Shown here: positions 38,781 through 51,830 of the stretch, in pieces
Layout: each line of letters begins with the position of its first letter
How positions within the stretch are numbered: position 1 is the stretch's first letter
From: Geosiphon pyriformis uo1
Lineage: Eukaryota > Fungi > Glomeromycota
DNA length: 64,000 nt
NCBI GenBank assembly: GCA_016748015.1
Contig: JAAOMT010000085.1
Span: 62,001 to 126,000, forward strand
Direction of reading: 5' to 3'
Made by a program: the position numbers and the translations under genes
Notes under the pieces: generated by a model
Database searches by the model: none
Told to the model about the DNA's origin: nothing
Seen by the model: only the letters and a program-made list of their open reading frames with translations

Positions 38781-40732
38781 TGAGATGGAGGAGAAGCCAA
38801 CGAACCCGATCCAGAACACAGATGATCCAATCTATCCAAGACCGAGTGAACTGAAGCCTCAAGAGCCATCATATTCGACTTCAAACCACCAATCTTGGCA
38901 GTCAAAACCTTAGAACTGCTCGGACTGAAATCAACAACCGACCCACCAACATTGGGAGAAGAAGAGGCAGACGACAACAACGTGCTATCCAAATTCAAAT
39001 CTGAGTCTATATCTGAAACAACGGCAGTTGGAGACACCAAAAGAAAAGCCGAGGGAGAAGGCGCCAATGGCATCAAGTCAACGAAACTTAATTTCTTCAA
39101 AATGAGTGAGACTTGGTCTGCGAGAATTTCCATGGAGCGTTCCAGCACAGCTAAGCAACCACTTAAATCAGCGACACCAGATGAGGAGGAATCCATTGAG
39201 AAAGCCTTCGAACCAGAGACCAAACTGACACCAGGAGCACTCGAAGAGACAACACAAAAGGGAAAACGGCCTGCCACTTGGGCCCACGTCTTTCCACCAA
39301 AAAAAACTGGACGAGCAACAGGGACCAACTTTCTCTTATATATCCCAGCTAGACAAACCCGATCTTGCTCAGAAACCACCCTCCTTCCTCGAACACCAGA
39401 ATACTCACCCAAGGAACAGTTGACCGAAACATGACTGAATTGTTTACAACGAACACAACTGGCCAAAGAAAGACCAGCCCAACGCAAACTCACATTTCTG
39501 AAAACTGGAATGGTATCAATAGCAGCCAACTTGGATGTCTCATCACCAAAACAAATTACAGCACATCTATTACAAACATATAAACTAGGGTTACAGCCGA
39601 TATAACAAGTCTTCCCACCATATGATTCCAACAAACTGGAGAAATCATGAGCATTGGTGCCAACTGGAAGAGTATAGAGCAAAGCCTGATGCTGATCACT
39701 CGATACCCATGTTTGTTTATCAATATTTGCCTTTGCCACGCGGACAGAATCTTTTCCCATGAGCACAGACCATCTAGCTGTGACCAAATCAGCCATCTTA
39801 GATGATTCATATTCTACCAGGGCCTTTTGCCAAAGACCAATAAGCTGTACTTTAATTGAAACAATCTTGCCAAACTTGGAGAACACTGCCTCAATTGCCA
39901 ATTTGAGAAGATCTACTGGGATTTCCTTGACGATCACCTCCTGATCTAAATGGCTGTTTACTTTTCTTAGATCATCATTTACCAATATTTTTTCACAGAT
40001 TGCCATTTCCCTTGCCTTAAACAAACTTTTTTCAGATGTAAATGATGACCTTATTATTCCAGGAAATTTTGAGGGAGTCGAAGCCCCCCCAAAACCATCA
40101 ACCTGATAAAAAATTTTTTTCACACAAACTAACTTATCCTTAATAGTTTTGCCAGGAATGGCAGATAGCTCAATATTCAATGCAAACAATTTTGATGAAA
40201 TAAAACTCCGTTTCTCCAGAGCACATGACCTGACTGGAGGAAGGCAATTGGATCCACAAAACTTAGGACTCGGAAGAGGCAGAGTGTCTTCACCAACACT
40301 TAGCACGTCGAAAGAAAGAGATGGTGGCTTACTGTTCAGAACATAGGTGTGAGTACGTGTCTTCCTTGGCGTGGCATTATTCATGTCATCATCCAAACTT
40401 GAAACATCCAACTTTGCATAGCTAGTTTCCTCAGCAACAATGTTTTCTAAGTTATCCAAGTCCGAGACATCACTTACGCTGTCCACTTCACTGTTGACCT
40501 CGCTAGCCCATGATCGCCCAATATTAGGTCCGTCACCACTTTTATCCATAATGTTTAAGACACCAGCAGATGACCCCACCAAACCGTCAACTGCCACAGA
40601 TTTCTTCGGCTTCTTATAGGACGCACCGCGAGATTGAGGACCAACCGAACGCTTATTTTTGACACCAGACTGGGTCCCCAACCCAGTCGAAACAGACCCA
40701 GAACCACCAGCAGCAAAGCCCACCGGTTCCAT
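38777..40732 (-). CDS. LINE B ORF1 protein (open frame, ~651 aa from ATG)
   Basis: Uninterrupted ORF; RRM-like 'VIVKEIPVD...FSKFGKIVSIKVQLIGLWQKALVEY'; knuckle CVRCKQFSHVSVNC. Confidence 0.85.
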   Translation of the reverse strand: MEPVGFAAGGSGSVSTGLGTQSGVKNKRSVGPQSRGASYKKPKKSVAVDGLVGSSAGVLNIMDKSGDGPNIGRSWASEVNSEVDSVSDVSDLDNLENIVAEETSYAKLDVSSLDDDMNNATPRKTRTHTYVLNSKPPSLSFDVLSVGEDTLPLPSPKFCGSNCLPPVRSCALEKRSFISSKLFALNIELSAIPGKTIKDKLVCVKKIFYQVDGFGGASTPSKFPGIIRSSFTSEKSLFKAREMAICEKILVNDDLRKVNSHLDQEVIVKEIPVDLLKLAIEAVFSKFGKIVSIKVQLIGLWQKALVEYESSKMADLVTARWSVLMGKDSVRVAKANIDKQTWVSSDQHQALLYTLPVGTNAHDFSSLLESYGGKTCYIGCNPSLYVCNRCAVICFGDETSKLAAIDTIPVFRNVSLRWAGLSLASCVRCKQFSHVSVNCSLGEYSGVRGRRVVSEQDRVCLAGIYKRKLVPVARPVFFGGKTWAQVAGRFPFCVVSSSAPGVSLVSGSKAFSMDSSSSGVADLSGCLAVLERSMEILADQVSLILKKLSFVDLMPLAPSPSAFLLVSPTAVVSDIDSDLNLDSTLLSSASSSPNVGGSVVDFSPSSSKVLTAKIGGLKSNMMALEASVHSVLDRLDHLCSGSGSLASPPSQ

Positions 40733-41359
40733 AGCCACAAAAAGGGGAATGTCTGAAGAAATAACTGGAGAAAGGTGAAGGAGAAAGAGAAAAGGAAGGC
40801 TATTTTAGTGACGACTCAAAGCTCTCATTGTAACCAGGAGATCAACGAAAGAAAGAGTTAAGTTTTCTTTTTAATAATATTTAAAAAACTATTATTAATT
40901 ATTAAAGATTTTTTTAAATAAATATTTTTTATTTTAATATTTAATATTATTTAATTTTTTTATAATTTTATTAATTTAAAAATAGTTTTTAAAAACAATA
41001 TTAAACTTTTTATATAAAAATTATATATTAAATTAAAATTTTTTATGATTTTTGTTTTTGCTTTGTTTATTATTTTTTATATTATTTTTTGAATATTTTT
41101 AATATTAAATTAAAATTTGTTAATTTATAATAATATATTATTATATATTTTAAATTTACTTAAGTTTTTAATATTGTTTTTGTTTGTTAATTAATTTTAA
41201 TAAAAAATAATATTTAAATTCTTTTTTTGTTTAATTAAAAAAAATTATTATATTTTATACTATGTTTAAGACCAAATTAATTAATTTTTTTAATTATGGT
41301 ATTTTTAAAATTTAAAATTTGGTTTTTTAAATTAATATTAAATTTGTTTAAAATTTAAA

Positions 41360-44300
41360 TATTAGCAATATAACAAAAATTAATAGTATAAACATAAAAA
41401 AAATAATTAATAAAAAAGACCAGTTTTTGTCTTAACAATAAAAATAATCTTAATTTTAAAAACATTAATATAATTTTTAAAATACCAAAGATAATAACAA
41501 AATAAATTTTTAAGAAGTTTTTTGACAAAATTAATTTTTTTAATAATAATAATAATATTTTGAATGGAGGTTTTTTTTTTATAAAATTTTTAATTAATAT
41601 TTTAATACATAAGTCTTTTACTTTAAAATTTTTTTAATAATTAGTAAAAAATTGATACAAAAAAATTAAAAATTATTAAAAATCTGTTTTTTAATATAAT
41701 AATTTTGAAAAAAATCTCTATTTTCTTAAAATTTGGTAAAATAATTTAGATATTTTTCACTTTTAAAAAAAAATAATAAGTATAACAAAATTAGTTAATA
41801 ATTAAAATATTGTAATAAACACTAATTTTAAAAAACCAGCAAATAATTAAACAAATTAGACAGTAATAATCAAAAAAAAATTTGTAAAAATATTAATAAA
41901 AACTATATAAACTGTATTAGTTGATTTTAGTATTATTAGATTGATTAAAATATAATTAATAAAATTATGTTAAAAAACATTATAAAAAACTTCTTTCTTT
42001 TCTTTGTCCAAAATTCTCAAAAAAAAGCCTAAAGTTTTTGAAAGAAATTTTTTTACAATTCAGTATAATAAATTTAAACTATTTGTTCTTGACTATAAAG
42101 CCATTATTGGTTATAGTATTACTGTTATAAAAAAAACTCTCAAAGTTTCTGGCTCTAGTGCTGATTTCAAATCTGTTTTATTAAGAAAAAAAAAGGAGTG
42201 GCACTTTGAATGATAGTATTGACAATAGTGAAAGTTTGGTCAAGAAAGTTATTAGTTATTCATGGAGTTCAGAAACTGGTGACACTACTAAGTCAGAAAG
42301 CATTGACATAGAAGAAATGTGTCTGGTTGAGAAAACTAGTTTTGACTATGGTAAAGGAAGTGCTATTGCTGTTGGAAAGTCTAATCTAATACCTAAAGAC
42401 TCACGAGTAAAGACTATAAAAGTGTTGGAAAAGTTATTAGGGAAAATTGCATTTTTAAGTAATAAAAATGATAATGTTCTAGTGGATTTCCCTTTAACAC
42501 TTCCACCCTCTGTCAAAAATCTGGTTAATGTTTTGGTTAGGAAGTTTTTTGCTTTGAATATTAGTTTGGACAATGTTATTAGGAAGTCATCTCAAAAAAA
42601 GCTAAAAATGGTCTGAAATTTGTTTTCAAAAGTCAATGGTTTTGGGGGGGCCTCTATCTTTTCAAAATTTGCTGAAATTATTAGGATGACATTTACTTCC
42701 AAATCCAGCTTAATGCAGACTACTGAGAAGACAAAAAGTGTGAAGATCTTGGTAAATACTGATCTCAAGAAATCTGCAGTGTGCTCAAATCAGGCTGTGA
42801 TTGTAAAAAAAATTCCAATTGGAACATCAACTAATGTTGTATATGCTGCTATGTCTGAATATGATTTGGTGGTGTTGATCAAAATACAGTTGGTTGAACT
42901 ATGATAAAAAGCAGTAGTCAAATTTGATAAGACTGAGCAGACTGATTTGGTTATAGCTTGTTGGTCTATCTTGATTAAAAAAGATACAATACATATGATC
43001 AGAGCTGATTAAGACAAAAAATTATAAAATACTAGGAATTTTCATAGAGCATTGCTCTATACTCTGCTAATAAGAACAAATACTCATGATATTTGGGATT
43101 TTGTTGGTTTTATAGATGAGAAAACATGTGCAATTAATCATCATCCAAGTATATATGTTCAAGTTAGATGTTTCATTGTTTGTTTTGACTTGGCTGAGAC
43201 TTTGGATGCTGTTATGCAAACCACACCAGTAGTGAGGAATGCTTATCTTTGCTGGTTTTGTCTTGTTTCTGCTGTGTGTGCCAAGTATAAGAAATCTGGT
43301 TATACATTTTTGGACTGTGTTTTTGGTAGAAAATTTTTTTTTGGTGGCTTGTCTTGCAAAGTTTTTTCGGATGTTAATAAAAGCAGACTGGCTGCCATTT
43401 ATGCCAAATATTCAGTTCTGGTAGCTCATCTTGTTTCTTTTGGTAGTACTTCTTGAACACAGATAGCTGGTGGGTTATCTTTCCTATTTCTTCTTTTAAA
43501 CAATGGTTCAGTCAATTTTGGTTCTTCTTCAAAGAAAAAACCTACTCCACTGGTGTTTGTAGAAATAAATGACAAGTTTGCTGCTCTTGAATACAGTCTC
43601 ACCAACCTCATAGAGCAAGTTAATAAGCTGGCTAAAAATTTGGATGTATTCAGGCCAATGGTTTTCCAGCTTAGCTCTAAATGTTAACTGTTGATGACCT
43701 CTTTATTATAGAATCAAGAAGTAGATATAGTAATAAGTAAGGATTCAAGTGTGGTCACTAGTGGTAAAGCTATCATGAGAATAGTGAGTTTTGACTCATC
43801 AGTGGTCTTAAAACTGAAAGATACTTTGAACAATTTAATTAAAACAGTAATGGACTTTTTGGCTAAAATAGAGAATGCTGATATGGATTCTGGCAATCAT
43901 TTCTCTCAATGACTGCTCTTATTTGAAAAATAGCTATGTATAATATCAAAGGCATAAATAATGCTGCTAAACAAGCAGACATTATTCAATGGCACAAAGA
44001 TATGAATAATTTGATTTCAATTTTTACAGAGACAAAGCTGAAAGGAAAGATTCATCTGTGGATTACTAATAAGTATGATAGTGTTTGGGTTTTTACTTCT
44101 GGTTTGAATTCTGGTTACATGAACTCTGAGATCACAGTTGTCATAGAAGCATCTTTGGCTAGACATGTGTGTAAAATTTCTGAAGTGCCTGGTTAGCTCC
44201 TTTTTGTCAGGTTACTTTTCAAAAATAAACTTTTTGTTTCAATTTTGGGGCTCTATGCTAGTGTTTTTTCTACAGTTCAGTTTGCTCAAGCTAGTAATAT

Positions 44301-47300
44301 CAATTCTCTAATTGCAAAGACTGTAAATGAATTCTCTTTTGTTATTTTGGGTAGCAATTTTAATAAAGATAATTTCCACAGATGTGCTAATTTTAAGAAG
44401 TGCTTCAATTTAGGTTTGGTTAATTCCTTAGGTAGAAGCTCATTTGTAAAGATGCCAACATAAGCCAATTTTAGGAATGTTGCAAAAATAATTGACTATA
44501 TATTCATTTCTTCTAACTTGATTAATACATTAGTGAATTATGACATATTTTCAATTAAAAAATATTTTGATACTAATTACCAAGCTGTCTTTATTTCTGT
44601 AAGGCTAAGTGGTTTGTTGGATATGTATTTGAATCTTTTATGTAAGCAGACAAATATGAATCATTAAAAGTTTGATGTTAAAAATATGAATGAGATGAAA
44701 TAGAGTGAATTTAAAAATGCTATAGCAGCAAATATAGTAATGTTTTTTGACAACTTTACTACATCCAGGCAATTCTCTAATTTGGATGCAATATGAGAAG
44801 TTGTTTACAAGGTTGTTACTTTTTTGGCTAATGAGACATTCAAAAAAAGTGGTTTAAGAGTTTTAATAATGTCTTTACCAAAAAAATTTCTAGGTTTTAC
44901 AAGTTAGAAATTTTGGTGTCTAAATTGGTAAAGGCTTCTTGTTTGGTTTCTAGTAAGAAATTTACATTGTTAATAAATACATGGAATGTGCTTAACACAG
45001 CTAGTGCATTGGCTGTGAATTCTTTTTTTCTGTCAAAATCTAGTTTTAACATTATTCAGTTGGTTTTGGTCAGAACAAGAAAGTTTTATTGTTTTTCCAA
45101 GTTGCTGAAATTCAGGCATGCTGAAAAATCTCACATCAAATTAGCTATCATTAAAAGAATAGAAAGTTTTGAATTAGACAGGAGTCATACTATTAGGAGT
45201 GTGTTGAAACATTCTTTTCACAAAGTGGTGCTGAATTATCTAATGGTGGAAAATGAATTGGTTTTGAAGCCCAAGTTGGTTAAATCTAAGATAAATGAAA
45301 TCATAGAAAGTTGGACCAGGAAGCATGAAGTAATCTCTAATATTTCTGATGATTGGTTTTGTCAATATTAGCCTTAAAGTCGTGTTTTCAATGGTGCTTT
45401 TTTTGATGTGATATGTTTGATTGGTTTTAATGAAATTTTTGGTGTAATCTCAAGTCTGCCTAATGAAAAAGCAGCTGGTCCATCTGGCATCTTAAATAAA
45501 TTGTGAAAACACTGTGACAATCAGGTTTTGGATATGTTTTTGGTGCTTTTGAATTTGTGCTTGGTTTGTAAATCAGTACTTGAATCTTGAAAAAGAGCTT
45601 GGGTTTTAATGATTTTCAAGCCATATAAGTAAAAAGGTGTTTTTATAAATACCTAGCTTATTGCTTTAATTAAAACAGCTTGCAAAATTCTTTCCAAAAT
45701 TCTTTCAGACAGGATTTTTTCTGTTTGTTGTGTTTTTGGAGTTCTTTAGAGAAATAATTTTTCTGTTTTAAAAAATATGACAATACAGTCTTCCATTTTT
45801 GCCATTAGTTCTGTGGTTAAGGATGCCTTAGAGAAAAACCAGGAACTGTGGCTTGTTTTGCAAGATATACATAAGACTTATAACTCTGTTGGGTGAAAAC
45901 ATCTTAGGAAAAGTTTGGTTAAGATCAAAATGTGCAGCAGGTTCATTAAATCTTTTGGTAGCATTCACAATAGTCATGTTAACAGAGTGATAACAAATTT
46001 TGGTTTGACTGATAAGTATTGAATTCATGATGGGTTGGATCAAGGAGAAGTTTTTTACCCCTTTTTTGGTACATATTCTATAATCTACTCTTATGTGAAG
46101 TCAAGAGACAGAAAAGCATGTGTGATTACAGATTGAACTCTTATTTTATTGCTAAAACTGGCCAGGTAGAATCTCAGACTGGGTTAACATTCTTTCTTAC
46201 TGTTGATGCTTTTGTTAATAATATAATATGAGTTGGTAGTAGCCAAACTGTCACACAACACATCCTTAATGTTGCTAGTAAATTTTTTCAGTTCAATAAC
46301 ATTTCAATTAATAATGACAAGATTGTAGCCATTCTTATTAATTGCAAGATAGCAAACTCATCTTTGACTATTGGCTTGCCTATTTCTATTACTAAAAAAA
46401 AGAAATCTTATTGCTATTTGGGCATTTTTTTATCTTTTAAGGGTTTATTAAAGCCCAGTTTAGCTAAAACTCATTTGAATGTCTGGTTTTTTACCAATTT
46501 AGTTTTAAGAAAGGCAATTTCCAATAAGCAGTTTGTATATTTGGTGTCTGCAGTTCTTTATTCTATTGTTAGCTATAGAACTTAATTCAGTTACATTTCT
46601 ATTGGCACGTGTAATAAATGAGACACTCTAATTTGCAAGGGTTTAAAGTCTAAATCTGGTTTGTTACTCAATTTCTCCAATAATACTATGCATTACTCTT
46701 CTTTATATGGTCTCTAAATGTTTGAACAAATTCAGGCTGAAAGTAAATTGGCTGTTGTTGTTTCTTTTGTAAACTTTGTTGGGATTTTGGGTCAGCTGTT
46801 TTTTCACAGATTCTATAACCTGCAGATTCTTAGCTGGTGTTTGCTCTACTCTTTGCAGTTTCTAGTTTATATCAATGTCAATCCTTTGAATAATTTTTTG
46901 ACAGGTGTGATCTGTATTTTTTCTGAATATAATATGTTCTTGGATGTTCCTATGGCTAATGCTTTTAAATTTCAAAGTAGAACTCCTATGTCTTTTGTTT
47001 TCAGTAATTCAAATTATTCTAAATATTTTTTTTCACTTTAATGCTATGAGGTTGCCTTTGTAGAACAGCTTTACAACTATAAAGACAATGTTTTTGATTG
47101 GAAAATATTCAAGTAGTAGAAGTGATTAGATCCTTGTGGCCTAATTCTGGTTTGGTTTGAGCTCTCTGTTCATTTTCTTTGTGGTGTGAGTCTTTTTTCT
47201 GTCTCCTTTCCACCTTTGAACAGTGGCAGCTCTTTAAATATTCTTGAGTTTTATGAGTTTGAGATCATTTGTGATGATTTTTTGGGTACTAAAGTGGATT

Positions 47301-49130
47301 AACTTTCAGTTTATATGAATAAATCTTTATGTGATTTGGGAACTTTGGACATAAAGACTGGTGCTGCAGCTTTTTTCAAAAACATGAATTTAAGTTTAGG
47401 TGTTAGAGTCTTGGGTTTGGTGTCTTTTACTATGGCAAAGTTGTAGGCCATTGTATTGGTTCTTGAATGTATTACTTTATCTCATTTAGTCAACCTATAT
47501 TCAAACAGTCAGACTGCTATGGATAGTTGCAAATCAGAATTAAGTTTGGCTTGTCCAGATTTCAGGAATTATTGTTGAATTAAACATCATCACATTGTGA
47601 ATATTATCCAATGCAAAAATTTAAAGATTAATTGGCACAAGGTTAAGAGTCACTTGGGTGTTGCAGGTAATAAACATGTTGATATGCTTGCCAGGGCTGC
47701 CATTTTCTTTAGTTGGTGTCTTCTATATTTGGTCAGTGAGCATTATATTAGAATTGGTAGTAATACTGTTTCTGGCAACTCTAGATATTTTATTCATGGG
47801 GTTTTTTGGTCAATTAATTGTGTGTGTTGGGAGATTAACTCTGGCTCTTGAATTGTGTTGGATAGTTTACATGCAGATATTAATTGGTTTAAGTCTTTTC
47901 TGGTTTGGCATCCTAACTTCTATATGGCTGCTGGTTTTACCAGCAAATGTTCAGCTAAATTCTACACATATCTTATGAAAGCTCTATATCATTGGCTACC
48001 TATTGCTTTGCATAAGTGGCTGTACAACAAGTGTTATTCCAATGTTGTATGTTTGTTTTGTGGTAAAGTGAAGGTTTCAAACCATGTTTTTTCTTGTGCT
48101 TTTGATACTGCTGGTTATGTTTGGTTAGTGAATGCTTATGTGAATACTTGAAGAGCATTTTCTGGTCTTTTTTACTCTGCTTCTTGTGTTTCACAATTGT
48201 TATCTATCTGTGTTTCTGATGTTGTAATTAGTGTGGCTTTGTGTAAGGGCTTTGTTTTTAATAACTGGTATTGTGAGTCTGTTTCTATTTTCGAGGATCC
48301 CAAGATAGCAAGTCAAAATATTATTAATTTTGTGCACAAATTTTGTCTGGCTTTTCAGAATAAATTTTGGTTGATTTGTGCCAAATACAGAGCTTTCATG
48401 GAGAAGAATAAGCTAATCCTACATGATGGATCTATTTTTGTTTCAGTTTCTGGGTTTTTTTTTGTTGCTTTTGGCTAGCATAGTCAAATTATTAGGTATA
48501 GTTGAAATTATTGATGTTAGTTTCAGTTTTTATAAATCTTGTTTGTTTTTCTCAGGTATAGGTAACATGGTTTCTGTTCATATAGGTGGTTAGTATTGTT
48601 TTGTTTGACCTGAATGGCTGGTCATGTGTAGAAAATGCATAATTTACATTTAGTTTAGATCAATTATATAATGTATTATATAAACATATAAAAAAAAAAA
48701 AACATTATAAAATCAAATAATTAAGATTAAACCAATTTTTTAATATCTTAATAATTTATTTTTTTAGAAAAAATAGAGTTTATATAATTAAAGCTAATTA
48801 AACAAACAATTATAAAATATTAAAATACATATTAAACTTTGTTATATATTTTTTTAATAAGCATTAATATTTATAATCTGTGAAATTTTGTTGGTTTAAT
48901 TAATAAAAAAACTTGTATTATTAATTATAATCTGATAATTTATTCTTATATTAAATGTGTAATTATTTGGTTTAATAATAATAAAAATCTGGTTAAGACT
49001 TTAATTATTATTTTTATTATAAAAAATTTTTTTTATTGGTTTTATTTAATTTTAATAAATTATTTAACTTATAGTAAATCTTAATTATATTTTTTTTTAG
49101 TATAATTTTTTTGCAAATAAACAAATTTGG
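41360..49130 (+). pseudogene. Hypermutated ghost LINE ORF1 (A/C type), split by copy C (pieces ~41360-41987 and 48697-~49130)
   Basis: Left piece ends 'ttgattaaaatataattaataaaattatgttaaaaaacattata' (IKMQLVGLWQKA-like). Right piece contains 'tataatctgtgaaattttgttggtttaattaataaaaaaacttgt' (HDLWDFVGSVGGKTC-like). Confidence 0.7.
41988..48696 (+). mobile_element. Full-length LINE, copy C (inactivated); ORF1 ~42127-43912, ORF2 43909-48593
   Basis: TSD AAAAAACATTATAAAA at 41972-41987 and 48697-48712; all ORF1/ORF2 motifs recognisable; poly(A) tail. Confidence 0.94.
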
Positions 49131-49139
49131 TCTGAAAAT

Positions 49140-51830
49140 TGTTGAAATTTCAGTTTTATGAATTTGTCAATATATTAAATTTTCATTAATTAAAATATTG
49201 AATTTTGTAAAATATTTTACATGTATTAAATAAGTTATAGAGTCTAAAAGCTGCTCTGAATTTATAGCAAGTATTTATTAGTCTGGCTATTGTCTTAAAT
49301 TTGTTGTGTATTTGCTTTTGTATAGCTTTGAAGATAAGATTGGTTGTTTTTAGTTCTAGTTTCTGTTGGTACAGTGTTTTTTTAATTTCGAAATATCAAT
49401 AATTAGAAGTATATTCACTGTTTTTATTAAGACATATTTGAAGTTTTTATTGTATTGTGACATTTGGAGAAATGTCAATAAGTGTAAACAATAAGTTTTT
49501 TTTTAAAGCTTGTTTCAAAAGTTTTGGTAATTGATTTTTAGAATAACTTCTTGTGTTTTTTTATAAAAATAATATTTTTGAAAATTATTTACTACTAAAA
49601 CTGTAGTTTTTTTTTAAGTATAATTAATTTAACTTTTATTGATTGTAATAAATAAGTCAGAAAGTATTTTTAAAGTTAATATTAATTTTTGGAATATTTG
49701 TTAAATATTTTGAAAAATAAATATTATAAAGTTAAATAGAATTTAAATAAATTTTTTGTAAAAATAAAAGAAAAAAAAATTATTTTTGGTATAAAAGTTT
49801 TATATATTTTTAGTTTGGATATTTTCTGGTAATTATTTTATTATTTTTGTTTAATGTTTCTGTATTATTTTAAAAGAAATACTATTAAAAATTAAATTAA
49901 ATATTCAAATTTGGTTGTTGTTTTATTATAACTATTGGTTCTAAATTTTAGAAAATATTTTCAGGATTAATTAAAAAAAAATATGTATTAATTTGTAAAA
50001 TTAATGATTTAAGATTGTTTCTAAAATAATAGTGCTTCAATTAATTTCTATGTACAACTTTGGTTAAAACTTTGTTATTAAGTCATAACTTGTATAATTC
50101 ATTGCCTAAGATTTTATGAATATAAAATAGTTTGTCTTATTTATGTTTAAAATTTTCACTTTATTGTTTTTTAGTCTTAGTTCTGTATAAGAAAATTTTG
50201 TTTTTAACTTTAAATTTGTTGGTGACTAGTGACAATTTGTTGACATACTATTTTTTTTGTTAAGCTTAAAAGTATTTAATATAAGTGGCTGTAATTTGTT
50301 GTTTTCCTTTCAATGTACTAAAAAAAATGTAAGCTCTTTATTAAAATGTTTATTAGAAGTTTTTTTTGGTAATAGATTATACTAGATATGTTTCTACAGT
50401 AAATTTAATTGACAATATTGCTGTTTTTTTGTAAGTTAAATCAAATAATATGTGTTTTATTGTATCTTGTTTTAGTGTTTTATATACTAGTAACACTAAT
50501 AGAATAAAAATATCTTATTTCTGCTCAAAATTGGTTAAGACTTTGGTTAGTAATTTACATAATGTCTAGTTAAAATGTTCCATTAATTCATTTGTTTATG
50601 AATGATATAGTAATAATAAAAGTCATTTGACTTTAAATTACTTACAAATTTTTTGTATTAAGTTGTTTACAAAGTGTGTTTCTTGATTAGATAAGAGTTC
50701 AATTAAATATCTATGTTTATAAATAATATTTTTGTAAATAAAATTTCTTATTAATTTTGTATCTGCTTTTTAGATGACTTTGGTTTCAGGTCATTTGGTA
50801 AGATAATTTATTGTGACTGCTATATAACAGTTTTTTTGAATAGTAATAAGTAGTAATCTGATTAAATCAATTTCTATTTTGTTAAAAAGTTGTCCAACTT
50901 TAATTGGATTTAAAGATTCAATAAGACAAGTTTTTTCTCTTTTTTGATAACTATTACATGATTCTATATATTGTTAAATGTTTTAATACATATATAGCCA
51001 AAAATAATGTTCAAGTATTTTTTAGATTATACTATTTTTTTTTAAGTATATTGATAAAAAATTTGTGTATATGTTGTATAAGATGGTTTTTTTCTTATTT
51101 TGTTGGACTAATCTGAATAAATTTGTTGGTTTTTTGTGGTTTTAGTAATAAATTTTGTTATGCAAAATAAAATATTGCTTTGCTTGGTTTTGTAGTCAAT
51201 GTTTTTCAATTAAAAATTAATTTTCTGGTATATTAAGAATGTCTAAATAGTTTTTGATGTTGTTGTAGTTTTCAAAATCCATTGTTTTGTTATTAATTTG
51301 TTGAATTGTTGAGTTGTTAGTATAAGTTCTAATTTTGTTTTATCTAGAAAAATTATTAATATTTATATATAATTTTCTTGATTTGTAGTATATAATATAT
51401 TTGTAATTAGCTAGAAAATCAGTCTATCAAAATTGCTTTGTATTGAGTTCAGATCTTTTTTTATTGAGCTATTTAAGATTAATATTATTTATAATAATGT
51501 TGAATTGGTGTTTATTTCTGAAGTATTGCTAAAAGTATTTGAAAACCCAAATAATGGCTGCTGTTTCTAATTTAATTGAGCCATATTTAAGTTCTGTTGG
51601 TTTAAAAGTTCTGTTAGCATAGGCAATTACTTATTTATTGCAATTATTATTTAATTGTAATAGAATAATACTAAAGATTATATGTAAAGTATCAGTAACT
51701 AACTAAAATCTTTTGTTGAAGTCAAAATAAGCAAAAAATAAAGCCATAATAAGTCTTTCTTTGAGAATATTAAATGCTTGTTATTGGATTTGAGTTTATT
51801 AATATCTTTATTAATTAGGTAATTAAGTAA
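49140..51830 (-). mobile_element. Heavily decayed Ty3/Gypsy internal region (RNase H, integrase, 3' region)
   Basis: 'VIAYANRT' at ~51607-51630; 'YHS*TNELMEHFN*TLC' at 50557-50607; 'LEPIVII' at ~49924-49944. Confidence 0.75.

Larger units (their letters stand above)
33960..40867 (-). mobile_element. Full-length LINE, copy B (least mutated copy)
   Basis: Open ORF1; ORF2 with three stops and one frameshift; 3' UTR and poly(T) at ~33959-33968; 5' GAAAACT at 40861-40867; many CpGs retained. Confidence 0.96.
33360..41340 (+). pseudogene. Hypermutated ghost MITTR-type LINE ORF1, split by LINE copy B (pieces ~33360-33960 and 40868-41340)
   Basis: 'ttttataaccacaa' (33384-33397) corresponds to 'ttttatgatcacaa' and 'ttataaaagcaacta' is retained. 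The right piece 'ttt aat aat att taa aaa act att att aat tat taa aga ttt' decodes to the SGGAWEIITSCQRF segment of ORF 562-801. Confidence 0.72.

Noticed and set aside
37623-39434. Several 110-180 aa plus-strand ORFs
   Set aside because: Antisense shadows of LINE B; the A/C-rich opposite strand is naturally poor in stop codons.
33947-40881. Long TSD for LINE B (tttaatattatt / tttaataatatt)
   Set aside because: Needs a transversion. The ghost host reads continuously across a T-run, so any TSD is short and hidden in the tail.
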